Origin: Anaeramoeba ignava BMAN
Lineage: Eukaryota; Protista; Anaeramoebae
Direction of reading: 5' to 3'
Assembly (NCBI GenBank): GCA_028826165.1
Contig: JAPDFW010000056.1
Span: forward strand, 557,627 to 621,626
DNA: 64,000 bases
The position numbers and the translations under genes are program-made. Below, in pieces: positions 1-14,314 of this stretch. The stretch's first letter is position 1, and every line of letters starts with the position of its first letter. A model generated the notes under the pieces. The model worked only from the letters and a program-made list of their open reading frames with translations, searched no databases and was not told where the DNA came from.

Positions 1-178
1 GAGGATTTCCAAACCATTTTCCTGGACTTAAAACCCATTTTCCAAGATCTGGATCATTTTCTGAAAAAACCCATCTTTCTTTCCAATTTCTATCAAAAGT
101 TTCTTTAAAAAAAATTGTTGAAAATGAAGGAAATGAAATGAAAATCAAAATGAAAAAAGAAATTAATTTTCTTTGCAT
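1..178 (-). CDS. CALR: Calreticulin, 5' part (truncated by window edge)
   Basis: Manual translation from ATG 178: MQRKLISFFILIFISFPSFSTIFFKETFDRNWKERWVFSENDPDLGKWVLSPGKWFGNP. This is a signal peptide followed by the calreticulin N-domain pattern (F-K-E-x-F...W..RW..S.....GK(W/F)VLS.GK(W/F)(F/Y)G). Not in the ORF track. Confidence 0.8.
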   Translation of the reverse strand, partial: MQRKLISFFILIFISFPSFSTIFFKETFDRNWKERWVFSENDPDLGKWVLSPGKWFGNP

Positions 179-410
179 AATTTTTTTAATAGAAGAAAAA
201 ATAAAACAATTTAAAAATGAAAATGAAAATGAAAAAATGAAAAAATGAAAAGAAAATTTTTACAAATTTTAACTAAAAATTTGTTTTTTTTAGTTTTTCT
301 TTTAATAACAAAAAATTTTTTAAAATAATAAAAATAATCAAATTTGTTTGTTCTACTTTTTTTTTTCCAATAAGAAAACATTAATAAAAGAAAATAGATT
401 AAATATCATT

Positions 411-2081
411 TTAAATTTTTATAGAAAAAGGTAATTTTCTTGTAATTGCTTCAATAGGTTGAGGAAGAGGTTCAATTTTTCCTTTTATAAAATCATTTAT
501 TTTAAGAGAATTATTCATTTCAGAATCAGAAAATAAACCATATTGATTTGTAGATTTAGGAATTAACCATTGAACTTTACAAAAATAATTTGGATGTTCA
601 ATTTGGAAATTTAAAATAATTGCAAAAATTTCCAATCCTCCTTCAATTCTCATTCCAACACAATCTCCAATAGAAATAACTGTTTCTTCATTTTGATTTT
701 TTTCATTTTGATTTTGAATTTGATTTTGATTTTCAATTTGATTTTGATTTTGATTTTGATTTATATTTTGATTTTGATTTATATTTTGATTTATATTTTG
801 ATTTATATTTTGATTTTTATTTTGATTTTGATTTTGATTTTGATTTTGATTTTGATTTATATTTTGATTTATATTTTGATTTTGATTTATATTTTGATTT
901 TGATTTTGATTTATATTTTGATTTTGATTTTGATTTATATTTTGATTTTGATTTTGATTTATATTTTGATTTTGATTTTGATTTTGATTTATATTTTGAT
1001 TTTGATTTTGATTTTGATTTATATTTTGATTTTGATTTATATTTTGATTTTGATTTATATTTTGATTTTGATTTACATTTTGATTTTGATTTATATTTTG
1101 ATTTTGATTTATATTTTGATTTTGATTTTGATTTTGATTTTGATTTATATTTTGATTTTGATTTATATTTATATTTTGATTTTGATTTTGATTTTTGGTT
1201 ATTGCTGATTTGTTTTTATTATTTAGTCTACTTCTTGTTTGTCTTTTTGAATTTGTTTTCATTCTTTTTGTTAATCCTTTTCTATTTTTTTGATTTTTGA
1301 TTTTTTGTGTTGAATTGACATTTAAAGGTTTTTTTGTATGAGTAATTAAATCAGAAATGGAAAAGTTATTTCTATTTCTTTGTTTTTGGTTGTTTGGAGT
1401 ATTTTGATTTGAATTATTTGGATTACTTGAAATATTTGAAATATTTTGAATATTTTGATTTGGATTATTATTTTTATTTGAATTATTTGGATTATTTGGA
1501 TTATTATTTTTATTTGGATTATTTGGATTATTTTTATTTGGATTATTTGGATTATTTTTATTTGGATTATTTGGATTATTTTTATTTGAATTATTTTTAT
1601 TTGAAATATTTTTATTTGAAAGATTATTTGAAATATTTTTATTTGGATTATTTTTATTTGGATTATTTTTATTTGGATTATTTGGATTATTTTGATTTTG
1701 TTGAATATTTTGGATTCTTGAACTTCTTCTTGGAATAGATTTTAAATTATTTGGAATTGGAGGATTTTTTTGAGAAGGATTATGAAGCAATTGATCAATA
1801 ATTGAAGGATTGTTATTTTGAGAAGTTTGCAAAATGTTAATTTGTGAATCAATTTTATTTTCATTAGTAATGATTGGAATATTTTGTGCTTTCCTTTTTG
1901 GAACTCTTCTTTTGGATTTTCTTGTTTGTGAAGGTCTATCAGTTCCATGTCTTTTTCTATAAACTGCACATGCATTACAATAATATTTTTCTCCTATTTT
2001 TCTCCATAATGGTGTGTTTTTTGTTGAACAATTTGGATTAGAACAAACTTGTACTTCGAGATTTGTTATCTTTGTTTCCAT
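411..2081 (-). CDS. GATA zinc-finger protein with N/Q-rich linker and C-terminal BAH-like domain (GATAD1-like)
   Basis: CSNPNC...TPLWRK...YCNAC GATA finger. The C-terminal IGDCV...FAII...VQWLIP resembles the GATAD1 BAH-like region. Confidence 0.75.
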   Translation of the reverse strand: METKITNLEVQVCSNPNCSTKNTPLWRKIGEKYYCNACAVYRKRHGTDRPSQTRKSKRRVPKRKAQNIPIITNENKIDSQINILQTSQNNNPSIIDQLLHNPSQKNPPIPNNLKSIPRRSSRIQNIQQNQNNPNNPNKNNPNKNNPNKNISNNLSNKNISNKNNSNKNNPNNPNKNNPNNPNKNNPNNPNKNNNPNNPNNSNKNNNPNQNIQNISNISSNPNNSNQNTPNNQKQRNRNNFSISDLITHTKKPLNVNSTQKIKNQKNRKGLTKRMKTNSKRQTRSRLNNKNKSAITKNQNQNQNININQNQNINQNQNQNQNQNINQNQNINQNQNVNQNQNINQNQNINQNQNINQNQNQNQNINQNQNQNQNINQNQNQNINQNQNQNINQNQNQNINQNQNINQNINQNQNQNQNQNQNKNQNINQNINQNINQNQNINQNQNQNQIENQNQIQNQNEKNQNEETVISIGDCVGMRIEGGLEIFAIILNFQIEHPNYFCKVQWLIPKSTNQYGLFSDSEMNNSLKINDFIKGKIEPLPQPIEAITRKLPFSIKI

Positions 2082-2244
2082 TTGCTTTTTTTTTTGTTTT
2101 TTTTTTGTGAATAAAACAATTTGAAAAATGAATTTGGTTTTTTAAGAATAAAAAAAGGAAAAAAAAAAATGAAAAAAAAAATTTTGGAAATTGAATTTTT
2201 GGAATTCAAAGTCGATTTTGTTTTTGTAATCAAAAATAGATTTT

Positions 2245-4850
2245 AGAATTAAAATTAATTAATATTTTGAAATAAATTAATTAAAATTAATTAAATATTT
2301 GAAAATAAATTGATTAAATTTAATTAAATATTTTGAAATAAATTGATTAAATTTAATTAAATATTTTGAAATAAATTGATTAAATTTAATTAAATATTTT
2401 GAAATAAATTGATTTAATTTAATTAAATATTTGGAAATAAATTAATTAAAATTAATTAAATATTTGGAAATAAATTGATTTAAATTAATTAAATATTTTG
2501 AAATAAATTAATTTAAATTAATTAAATATTTTGAAATAAATTGATTAAAATTAATTAAATATTTGGAAATAAATTAATTAAAATTAATTAAATATTTTGA
2601 AATAAATTAATTTAATTTAATTAAATATTTGGAAATAAATTGATTAAAATTAATTAAATATTTGGAAATAAATTGATTAAAATTAATTAAATATTTGGAA
2701 ATAAATTAATTAAAATTAATTAAATATTTGGAAATAAATTAATTTAAATTAATTAAATATTTGGAAATAAATTAATTTAAATTAATTAAATATTTGAAAT
2801 AAATGAATTAAATTTAATTAAATATTTGGAAATAAAATTAATTAAATATTTTGAAATAAATTAAAATTAATTAAATATTTGGAAATAAATTAATTAAAAT
2901 TAATTAAATATTTTGAAATAAATTGATTAAAATTAATTAAATATTTTGGAAATAAATTGATTAAAATTAATTAAATATTTTGAAATAAATTGATTAAAAT
3001 TAATTAAATATTTTGAAATAAATTAAAATTAATTAAATATTTTGAAATAAATTGATTTAAAATTAATTAAATATTTTGAAATAAATTGATTTAATTTAAT
3101 TAAATATTTTGAAATAAATTAATTTAAATTAATTAAATATTTTGAAATAAATTAATTAAAATTAATTAAATATTTGAAATAAATGAATTAAATTTAATTA
3201 AATATTTGAAAAATAAATTAATTAAATTTAATTAAATATTTTGAAATAAATTGATTAAAATTAATTAAATATTTGGAAATAAATTAATTTAAATTAATTA
3301 AATATTTGGAAATAAATTGATTTAAATTAATTAAATATTTGGAAATAAATTGATTAAAATTAATTAAATATTTTTGAAATAAATTGATTTAATTTAATTA
3401 AATATTTTTGGAATAAATTAAAATTAATTAAATATTTTTTAAATTAATTAAATTTAATTAAATATTTGGAAATAAATTGATTAAAATTAATTAAATATTT
3501 GGAAATAAATTAATTAAAATTAATTAAATATTTTGAAATAAATTGATTTAAATTAATTAAATATTTTGAAATAAATTGATTAAATTAATTAAATATTTGG
3601 AAATAAATTGATTAAAATTAATTAAATATTTGGAAATAAATTGATTAAAATTAATTAAATATTTGAAAATAAATTGATTAAAATTAATTAAATATTTTGA
3701 AATAAATCGATTTAAATTAATTAAATATTTTGAAATAAATTAATTTAAATTAATTAAATATTTTGAAATAAATTGATTTAAATTAATTAAATATTTGGAA
3801 ATAAATGAATTAAATTTAATTAAATATTTTGAAATAAATTAATTTAAATTAATTAAATATTTTTGAAATAAATTAATTTAAATTAATTAAAATATTTGGA
3901 AATAAATTAATTTAAAATTAATTAAATATTTGGAAATAAATTGATTAAAAATTAATTAAATATTTGGAAATAAATTAATTTAAAATTAATTAAATATTTT
4001 GAAACCTAAATTAATTTAAAATTAATTAAATATTTGGAAATAAATTAATTAAAATTAATTAAATATTTGGAAATAAATTGATTTTAAAATTAATTAAATA
4101 TTTGGAAATAAATTAATTTAAATTAATTAAATATTTTGAAATAAATTGATTTAAAATTAATTAAATATTTGGAAATAAAAATTTAAATTAATTAAATATT
4201 TGGAAACAAATTAATTTAAATTAATTAAATATTTTTGAAATAAATTGATTAAAATTAATTAAATATTTTGGAAATAAATTAATTAAAATTAATTAAATAT
4301 TTGGAAATAAATTAATTAAAATTAATTAAATATTTTGGAAATAAATTAATTTAAATTAATTAAATATTTGGAAATAAATTGATTAAAATTAATTAAATAT
4401 TTTGAAATAAATTGATTAAAAATTAATTAAATATTTTGAAATAAATTGATTTAAATTAATTAAATATTTGGAAATAAATTGATTAAAATTAATTAAATAT
4501 TTTTGAAATAAATTAATTAAAATTAATTAAATATTTGGAAATAAATTAATTTAAATTAATTAAATATTTGGAAATAAATTGATTAAAATTAATTAAATAT
4601 TTTGAAATAAATTAATTTAAATTTAATTAAATATTTTGAAATAAATTGATTAAAATTAATTAAATATTTGGAAATAAATTAATTAAATTTAATTAAATAT
4701 TTGGAAATAAATTGATTAAAATTAATTAAATATTTGGAAATAAATTGATTAAATTTAATTAAATATTTTGAAATAAATTAATTTAAATTAATTAAATATT
4801 TGGAAATAAATTAATTTAAATTAATTAAATATTTGGAAATAAATTAATTA
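2245..4850. repeat. ~33-bp AT tandem satellite (AATTAATTAAATATTTGGAAATAAATTGATTAA), roughly 80 copies
   Basis: Directly visible tandem array between two divergently transcribed genes. Confidence 0.9.
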
Positions 4851-4930
4851 AGAACAAAAAAGGAAAAAAATTATTTTTTATTTTTTATTTTTTTCATTTT
4901 TTTCATTTTTTTCATTTTTTTTTCTTAATA

Positions 4931-7900
4931 ATGATCAAATTCTTTTTAATAACAATTTTAATAGCGTTAACTTTCGCAAGTATAGCAAATGAATATGGTG
5001 ATCCGTACAGTGAATGTGAAAGTAATTTTTATGCAGGAATACCACCAAAAATGTATTCAGGAAATGTAGCACTTTGTAAAAATGGTTATGCTTTTATTGC
5101 TTATGACGTGGATATGAAAAATCCAGCTTTGACTGCTTATTACTTTAAAAAAGAAACTTTACTTGGTGGGCGAGAAAATTTTAAACTTGATACAGATTTA
5201 GTTGCAATGGGAATTGCTCAAGGTAAATATTAAATTAAATATAAAATATTAAATTAAATATAAAATTAAAAATTAAATATAAAATTAAATATAAAATATA
5301 AAATTAAATATAAAATTAAATTAAATATAAAATTAAATAAAATTAAATTAAATATAAAATATTAAATATTAAATATTAAATTAAATATAAAATTAAATAT
5401 TAAATTAAATATTATATTAAATATTAAATTAAATATTAAATTAAATTAAATATTAAATTAAATATTAAATTAAATATTAAATTAAATATTAAATTAAATA
5501 TTAAAATTAAATATTAAATTAAATATTAAATTAAATATTAAAATTAAATATTAAATTAAATATTAAATTAAATATTAAATTAAATATTAAATATTAAATA
5601 TTAAATTAAATATTAAATAAAATATAAAATTAAAAATTAAATTAAATATTATATTAAATATTAAAATTAAATATTATATTAAATTAAATTAAATATTAAA
5701 TATAAAATTAAATTAAATATTAAAATTAAATATTAAATCAAATATTAAAATTAAATATTATAAAATTAAATATTAAATTAAATATTAAATTAAATATTAA
5801 ATTAAATATTAAATTAAATATTAAATTAAATATTAAATATTTAATATTATATTAAATATTAAATTAAATATAAAATTAAATATTAAATCAAATATTAAAT
5901 TAAATATTAAAATTAAATATTAAATATAAAATTAAATATTGAAGTAAATATTAAATAATATTAAATTAAATATAAAATTAAATATTAAAAATTAAATATT
6001 AAATCAAATATAAAATTAAATATAAAATTAAAAATTAAATATAAATTTAATTAAAAATTAAATATTAAACAAAATATTAAATATTAAATTAAATATTAAA
6101 AATCAAATTAAAAATAAAATTAAATATAAAATTAAATATTAAATTAAATTAAATATTAAATTAAATTTTAAAGCTGCTGTTGATTCTGAGTGTTGGTCTG
6201 AAGATTGGAATAGAGGTCATCTTAAACCAAGTTATGGATCAAGTTATAATAAAGATAAAGGTGGTCCTTGGGATATGACTTATATTATGAGTAATGTTGC
6301 TCCTCAAGCTGGACCTTTTAATCAAGGATCTGTTTGTGATTTAAAATAAAATTCAAAAAAAATAATTTCAATATTTATATTGAATAAAATAATTAATTGA
6401 ATAAAAAAGTGGAATGCTTTGGAAGGAAAGGTTGTTGATTGGATTCAATCAAATGATAATCCTCTTTATATTATTACTGGTGTTGCTTATAAAGATAGAA
6501 GTAATCCAATAAGAAGAGCTGATAATATTGCTCAACCAGATTATTTTTACAAAGTTCTTTGTGATCCAGTTGCAAGACAATCAGCTGGATTTTATGCTTG
6601 TAAATTTAAATTCAAAATAAATTCAAAATAAATTCAAAATAAATTCAAAATAAATTCAAAATAAATTCAAAATAAATTCAAAATAAATTTAAAATAAATC
6701 CAAAATAAATTCAAAATAAATTTAAATCCAAAATCAATTTAAATTCAAAATCAATTTAAATTCAAAATAAATTCAAAATAAATCCAAAATAAATTTAAAA
6801 TCAAAATATATTTAAATTCAAAATAAATTTAAAATAAATCCAAAATAAATTCAAAATAAATTTAAATTCAAAATAAATTCAAAATAAATTCAAAATAAAT
6901 TTAAAATCAAAATATATTTAAATTCAAAATAAATTTAAAATAAATTTAAATTCAAAATAAATTTAAATTTAAAATAAATTCAAAATAAATTTAAATTTAA
7001 AATAAATTTAAATTTAAAATAAATTTAAATTTAAATTTAAAATCAAAATAAATTCAAATTCAAAATAAATTTAAATTCAAAATAAATTCAAAATAAATTC
7101 AAAATAAATTCAAAATAAATTCAAAATAAATTTAAATTAAATTTAAATTCAAAATAAATTCAAAATAAATTTAAAAATAAATTTAAATTCAAAATAAATT
7201 TAAAATAAATTCAAAATAAATTCAAATTCAAAATAAATTTAAATTCAAAATAAATTCAAAATAAATTCAAAATAAATTCAAAATAAATTCAAAAATAAAA
7301 TTAAATCCAAAATAAATTCAAAATAAATTCAAAATAAATTTAAATTCAAAATAAATTTAAATTCAAAATAAATTCAAATTCAAAATAAATTCAAAATAAA
7401 TTTAAATTCAAATAAATTCAAAATAAATTTAAATTCAAATAAATTCAAAATAAATTTAAATTCAAATAAATTCAAAATAAATTTAAATTCAAATAAATTC
7501 AAAATAAATTTAAATTCAAATAAATTCAAAATAAATCAAAATAAATTCAAAATAAATTCAAAATAAATCCAAAATAAATTTAAATTAAATTTAAATTCAA
7601 AATAAATCAAAATAAATTCAAAATAAATTTAAATTCAAAATAAATTTAAAATAAATTTAAATTCAAAATAAATTCAAAATAAATTTAAAATCAAAATAAA
7701 TTCAAAATAAATTTAAATTCAAAATAAATTCAAAATAAATTTAAATTCAAAATAAATTCAAAATAAATTTAAATTCAAAATAAATTTAAATTCAAAATAA
7801 ATTTAAAATAAATTCAAAATAAATTTAAAATAAATTCAAAATAAATTTAAATTCAAAATTTAGGCAATTTACCTGATTCTTGCAGAGATGATATTTCAAA

Positions 7901-7997
7901 ATTCAGAACAGTTGCAGAAGTTGAATCAATTGCTCAATTAACCTTATTTGATTCATTATGCAATAAGAATTCAGTTGATGAATCTCATTGGTGGTAA
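4931..7997 (+). CDS. Secreted DNA/RNA non-specific endonuclease (NucA/EndoG-type His-Me); exons 4931-5222, 6174-6331, 6410-6599, 7864-7997
   Basis: Signal peptide. The spliced product contains NRGHLKP (DRGH motif), TYIMSNVAPQAGPFNQGSWNALE and YIITG...PDYFYKV. All GT-AG junctions keep the frame. Confidence 0.85.
5223..6173 (+). repeat. Intron filled by (ATTAAATATTAA)-like simple repeat
   Basis: 951-nt GT...AG intron made almost entirely of A/T short repeats. Confidence 0.8.
6600..7863 (+). repeat. Intron filled by (TTCAAAATAAA)n repeat
   Basis: 1264-nt GT...AG intron of ~11-bp repeats. Confidence 0.8.
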
Positions 7998-8341
7998 AAA
8001 GAAAAGAATGAAAGAAATTCTTTTTTCTTTTTCTTTTTTCAATTCAAATTTCATTTCCAAAAAAAACAAACAACAAAAGAATTTTTTGGTTAAACCAAAT
8101 AATTGGAATGGAAATTAATTTTTTTTTTCCTATGATCCACTTTTCATTTTTTTTTGCTTTTTTGCTTTTTTGCTTTTGAAATTTTTTTTTTTAGCTTGAT
8201 TTGAATCAAAAAAAAAAAAAATTTCAAAAAATATTTTTTTCATTTTTTTTCATTTATTTTTTTTGATTTGATTTTTTTTTGATTTGATTAAATTTTAAAT
8301 TTTAAAGAAAAATAAAATAAATTAAATTAAATTAAATTAAA

Positions 8342-8995
8342 ATGGGATTTCGATCTTTTATAATTTTTTCAGGATTAATATTTGTTACATTATCAGGATT
8401 TATAGTTGGATTACTTTCTTTATTTACACCAGAACCATGGTTAGTAGATAGAAAATTAGTTGCATCAATTTTAAAAACAACAACAGATAATGAAAAAATT
8501 AATCAAATTCTTAATGATTCTGGATTAGCTGATTTATTAATGGTTCAATATAGATTTGGTTCTATTTTTTTAATTAGTACTTCTGCTTTTGTTTTATTAA
8601 TTACTTTTACTTCTTATGAAAATCAAAATGTTATAAGAATTACTCAAGCTCTTCTTTTGATTTTATTAGCAAGTATTTATCTTATTTTAATTGATGAAAG
8701 AAAGGTAAAAATTTATATTCAAAAAATTCTATAAATTATTTTCTTATTATTATAATTATTATTATTCTTTTTTTTATAGTTTTCAAATAATGCAAAATTA
8801 TGTACTTTTGATTTCATTTATATTTTTGTTGGTTTTATTATTTCTTTATGTTGTGGAATTGGAAAAAAACCAGAAGATTTAAATTTAAAAGAAGATTTAA
8901 ATTTAAAAGGAAATTTAAAAGAAAAAGGAAATGAAAAAGAAAAAGAAGATTTAAATGAAAATTTAAATGAAAATGAATCAAAAAAAGATAAATGA
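8342..8995 (+). CDS. Small multi-pass membrane protein; exons 8342-8704, 8780-8995
   Basis: About four hydrophobic segments. A phase-0 GT-AG intron extends the ORF to a charged tail ending KKDK* (possible KKxx ER-retrieval signal). Confidence 0.6.
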
Positions 8996-9370
8996 ATAGA
9001 ATCAAAATTCCTTTTTTTTCATTTCAACTTTTTTTCTTATTTTAAAATTTAATCAAAAAAAAAAATTCTTTTAAAATTTCAAAAATTATTCTTTAAATTT
9101 GAAAAGAAGAAATTCATAAATTGATATTGAATATTTAAGTGAAATTGATTTTAAGAAAATATTTTGCAATTAAATCAATTTCTATTTTCTTTTTAAATTT
9201 GAATTTGGATTTTGAATTGATTTGAATTTGAAAAAAAAAAGAATTTGAAAAGAATTTGAAAAGAATTGAAAATTTGGAATTTTGTTTTGAATTTTGTTTT
9301 GAATTTTGTTTTGAATTTTGTTTTGAATTTTGTTTTGAATTTTGTTTTGAATTTTGTTTTGAATTTTGGA

Positions 9371-12056
9371 TTAAATATCTAAATCAGTATGTAATTCTTT
9401 TTCTTTTGTAATTTCTTGAATAATTTTGTTTTTTTTTCTTTTTTTAATGAAAATAATTCCAATAATAATAATTAAAATAATCAAAATAGGGATAATTATT
9501 CCAATAGTTATTGCTGTTGTATTTGTTGAATTTTCACTTGTTTGATAGATATCACATTGCATTGATAATGGTATTATTGATGTTGTTGAATTAATTCCTG
9601 AATATTCATTAATTGAACAATTTGAATTAGATGATGAATAAATTGAAATTTCATAATATTCTCCTGACTTTAATCCTGTTGAAATTGAATAATTTCTTGT
9701 TAAATTTGTTAAACAAATTGATGTTGAATTATAATTAAATGAATATGCTTTTAATCCACTTGATAATTCTAATGAATCCCAATTACAATCAAATCCTGAA
9801 ATGAAAGATTTGCAACTTAATGAACTAATATTTCCTAATTTTGCTTTTATTGAAATAATTGAACTTGATTCTCCTAAATATGATGTTTCACAATTTAAAT
9901 CTGAACATCCTCGAATTGAAATATTATATTCAATATTTCCTGATATTTCACTTATTGTTCCAATAACTTCATTTCCACTTAAATCAAGAGATGTAAATTT
10001 TTGCCAATTTGTTTCATTATCAAGTGAAATTGAATAATTATTTGCATTGTTTAATTTTGTGAAATTTAATTCAATTTCTTCAATTTTAGGAATTGAATCA
10101 TAAATTATTGGTGAAATTGGTAAATTATCAGTTGTAATTGAAATTGATGAAATATATCCACATTTTCCATTGGAATTGCAAGCTGAAACATTAATTTGAT
10201 ATTCTTGATTTGGAAATTGAGCTGTAAAATTTTGATTTGATGAATTTGATTGATAATTTCCTGAATCACTTTGAGAAATAGATTGATAAGTAAAATTATA
10301 ATAAAATGGAATTGAACAATTAATTGGTTGATTCCAATTACAATTAATATCTATTGAATATGAAATTGAACATGTTAAATTTGAAACTATTTCAAATTGT
10401 TTTGAAATTGATGATTCAATAATTTCTCCTTTATCATCTTCTTCACATTCAAATGTTCTACATCCACAAATTGAAATTTCATAATCATTTCCGCATTCTA
10501 AATCATCTAAAAGATATGAAGTTGAAGAATTATCAACTAAAATTGAATAAATTGAATCAGGTTCAGATTGAATGAAATAAGAAATATTATAATGATTAAG
10601 ATGAGCAATTCCATCATCAATTTGAACATTTGGAGGAATCCAAATAATATTAATTGAATAATTTGAAGGATTTAATAATTGAAAATCTTTAACAGAATCA
10701 ATTTTAGTTATTAAATTAATTGAAGAAGAAGATTCACCACAAATTGATGATTCTAAATCACAAACTCTAATTTGAATTGAATAATATTCATTTCCTGTAA
10801 TATTATCATAAATTTGAAGAATTAAATTGTTGATAATAAATATTCTCATCTTCAATAATTGGATTTTGAATATCAATCCAACCAATCCCATAATTAATTT
10901 GATATTTCAAAGCAAATGAAGATTGAATTCCTTCCCAATAACATTCAAATGATGAAAATAAAGATGAACAATTAACAATATTAATTTGAAGAATAAGAGT
11001 TTCTTCATAAACAAATGCTTTAGAATCAAAAGAACCAATAACAGTAAAATTATCATAAATTGAAACAGAATCTCCAAAATATGAAAATGAATCTCCAGTT
11101 AATGTTTTTTCAAGATTCCAATTTGTTCCATCATATCGATAAATAAATGCTTGATTTGAATCATAAGCTGCAGCTCCAACAATAATAACATTTTCATAAA
11201 CTGAAACAGAAGATCCAAAATATGAAGGTCCAGGTAATGTTTTTTCAAGATTCCAATTTGCTCCATCATATCTATAAATAAATACAGTATTATCTTCACT
11301 TCCAACTACAATAACATTTTCATAACTTGAAATACATATTCCAAAATTTATATATGAAGTTTTCTGAAAAGAAGTGTACAAATACCAATTTGTTCCATCG
11401 AATGCATAAATATATATTGCTTGATAACCATAAGCACCAATAATAAACCAATCCCCATTAGTTGAAACACTGTCTCCATAATTAGTTGTGTCTTCACTCA
11501 ATGTTTGAACCTTTGAAAATCCACAAGAGATACAATAAACAAATACTTGTCCTTGATCAGGAGCACCAACAAGAAGCCAATATCCATAAATTGCAACACT
11601 TTTTCCATAATTTGAAACAGATTCAGATAGTGTGTAAGACAGAGACCAAATTTGACCATTATATTGATAAGCAAATACTTTCTGATCACCATAAGCTCCA
11701 ACAACAATATAATCCTCATAAACTGCTATACTATATCCAAAAAGTTAAGCAGAATCACTTAATATATCATCAAGATTCCAATCTGTTCCATCATATCTGT
11801 AAACATATACTCTATTATTGCCAGGAGCACTAATAACCATAATATTTTTATAAATTGCAACCAAAGTTCCAAAAGAACCTGAATCCTTAGACAGAGTTTG
11901 TTTTAAATTCCAAGTATAAATTCCATCAGAAGAAGAATAAGGAGAAGAAGAAGAAGAAGAATATTTTGATATTAATAAATTTGATATTTCTGAATTTTGA
12001 ATTGATTCAAATAAAATGATATTAAATATCAAAAAAATGGAAAGAATTGATTTCAT
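9371..12056 (-). pseudogene. Type I surface protein: signal peptide, FG-GAP-like beta-propeller repeats, FN3 domains, TM helix; disrupted by an in-frame TAA and a frameshift
   Basis: Repeats FGxSVSxY...VVGA...YRYDGTNW, FN3-like modules and a C-terminal TM. In-frame TAA at 11747-11745 (SDSA*LFGYSIAVY) and a +1 shift near 10813-10815. Could be consensus errors rather than a true pseudogene. Confidence 0.65.
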
Positions 12057-12489
12057 CTATTTATTTATTTATTTATTTTTTGATTTATTTTTGGATTAAT
12101 AAAACAATAATAATAAAAAAAGAAAAGAAAATTAATTGTTTTTAAATTTGTTTTTAAATTTTTTTTTAGATTTTAAAAACCAAAAATTTTTTTTTATTTT
12201 TGTTTTAAAATTTTCTTTTAGATGTGTTTTAAAAACCAAAAAGTTTTTATTTATTTTTGTTTTCGTTAAAATAAAAAGTTTTTCAATTTTGATTTTTGAA
12301 AAAGCAAAAAATTTTGTGTGTTTTGTTTTGTTTTTTTTTATTTTTTTTTTTATTTTATTTATTTTTTAATTTTTTTATTTATTTTTTTTTTATTTATTTA
12401 TTTAAAAAGTTTTTAAAAATTAAAATTGATTAAAAATGAAAATATTGAGAAAAATTAAATTCTTATTTTATTTAAATTTTAAAATATTT

Positions 12490-14290
12490 TTTTAATTTAT
12501 AAATTAAATATTAAATTAAATCTATTCTTATTTTTTTTATTTTTATTTTTTATTTTTCAATTTTTAATTTTATTAATTTATTAAAAAATTAAATTTTGGA
12601 ATAAAAATTAAATTAAATCTATTCTTAGAATAAAATATTTAAATATTTAAAACATTAAATTATTATTTTAAACATAAAATTAAATATTAAATTATATTTT
12701 TAAATTAATTTATAAATTAAATATTAAATTAAATTTATTCTTATTTTTATATTTATTTATTAAATTATTTTCAATTTTAAATAATAAAATATTTAAATTT
12801 AAAACATTAAATTATTATTTTAATAATAAAATTAAATATTAAATTATATTTTTAAATTAATTTATAAATTAAATATTAAATTAAATATATTCTTATTTTT
12901 TATATTTATTTATTAAATTATTTTCAATTTTTAAATAATAAAATATTTAAATTCTAAAATAATAAATTATTTAAAATATAAAATTAAATATTAAATTATA
13001 TTTTTAAATTAATTTATAAATTAAATATTAAATTAAATCTATTCTTTTTATATTTATTTATTAAATTATTTTAATTTTTAATAAATAAAATATTTAAATA
13101 TAAAACATTAAATTATTATTTTAAAATATGTTAAATATTAAATTATATTTTTAAATTAATTTATAAAATAAAATATTTAAATTAAATTTAAATTTAATGT
13201 TTTTATTAAATTATTTTCAATTTTGAATAAATAAAATATTTAAATTTAAATATTAAATTATTATTTCGTAAAATTAAATATTAAATTATATTTTTAAATT
13301 AATTTATAAATTAAATATTAAATTAAATTTATTCTTATTTTTTATATTTATTTATTAAAATTATTTTCAATTTTTAATTAATAAAATATTTAAATTCTAA
13401 AAATAATAAATTATTATTTTAATAATAAAATTAAATATTAAATTATATTTTTAAATTAATTTATAAATTAAATATTAAATTAAATTTATTCTTCATTTTT
13501 TATGTTTATTTATTAAAATATTTTCAATTTTTAATAATAAAATATTTAAATTCTTAAAACAATAAATTATTATTTTAATAATAAAATTAAATATTAAATT
13601 ATATTTTTAAATTAATTTATAAATTAAATATTAAATTAAATTTATTCTTATTTTTTATATTTATTTATTAAAATTATTTTCCAATTTTTGAATAAATAAA
13701 ATATTTAAATCTAAAATATTAAATTATTATTTTAAACATAAAATTAAATATTAAATTATATTTTTAAATTAATTTATAAATTAAATATTAAATTAAATTT
13801 ATTCTTATTTTTATATTTATTTATTAAAATATTTTCAATTTTTAATTAATAAAATATTTAAATTCTAAAAATAATAAATTATTATTTTAATAATAAAATT
13901 AAATATTAAATTATATATTTTTAAATTAATTTATAATTTTAAATTAAATTAAATTAAAACTTATTCTTATTTTTATATTTATTTGCTTAAATTATTTTCA
14001 ATTTTTAATAATAAAATATTTAAATTCTAAAATAATAAATTATTATTTTAATAATAAAATTAAATATTAAATTATATTTTTAAATTAATTTATAAATTAA
14101 ATATTAAATTAAATCTATTCTCATTTTTTATATTTATTTATTAAATTATTTTCAATTTTTAATTAATAAAATATTTAAATATAAAACATTAAATTATTAT
14201 TTTAAACATAAAATTAAATATTAAATTATATTTTTAAATTAATTTATAAATTAAATATTAAATTAAATCTATTCTTATTTTTTATATTTA
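12490..14290. repeat. ~155-bp AT tandem repeat, family A, copy 1
   Basis: Recurring AAATTAAATATTAAATTATATTTTTAAATTAATTTATAAATTAAATATTAAATTAAATCTATTCTTATTTTT at ~155-bp spacing. Confidence 0.85.
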
Positions 14291-14314
14291 TAAATTAAAT
14301 TTTATTCTGATTCT

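Noticed and set aside
693-1738. Plus-strand ORFs rich in I/L/Y/D
   Set aside because: Antisense shadows of the N/Q and NNP repeats of the GATA gene.
11745-11747. Stop-codon reassignment (TAA as sense)
   Set aside because: Single instance in a gene that also has a frameshift. Many intact genes here terminate with TAA.
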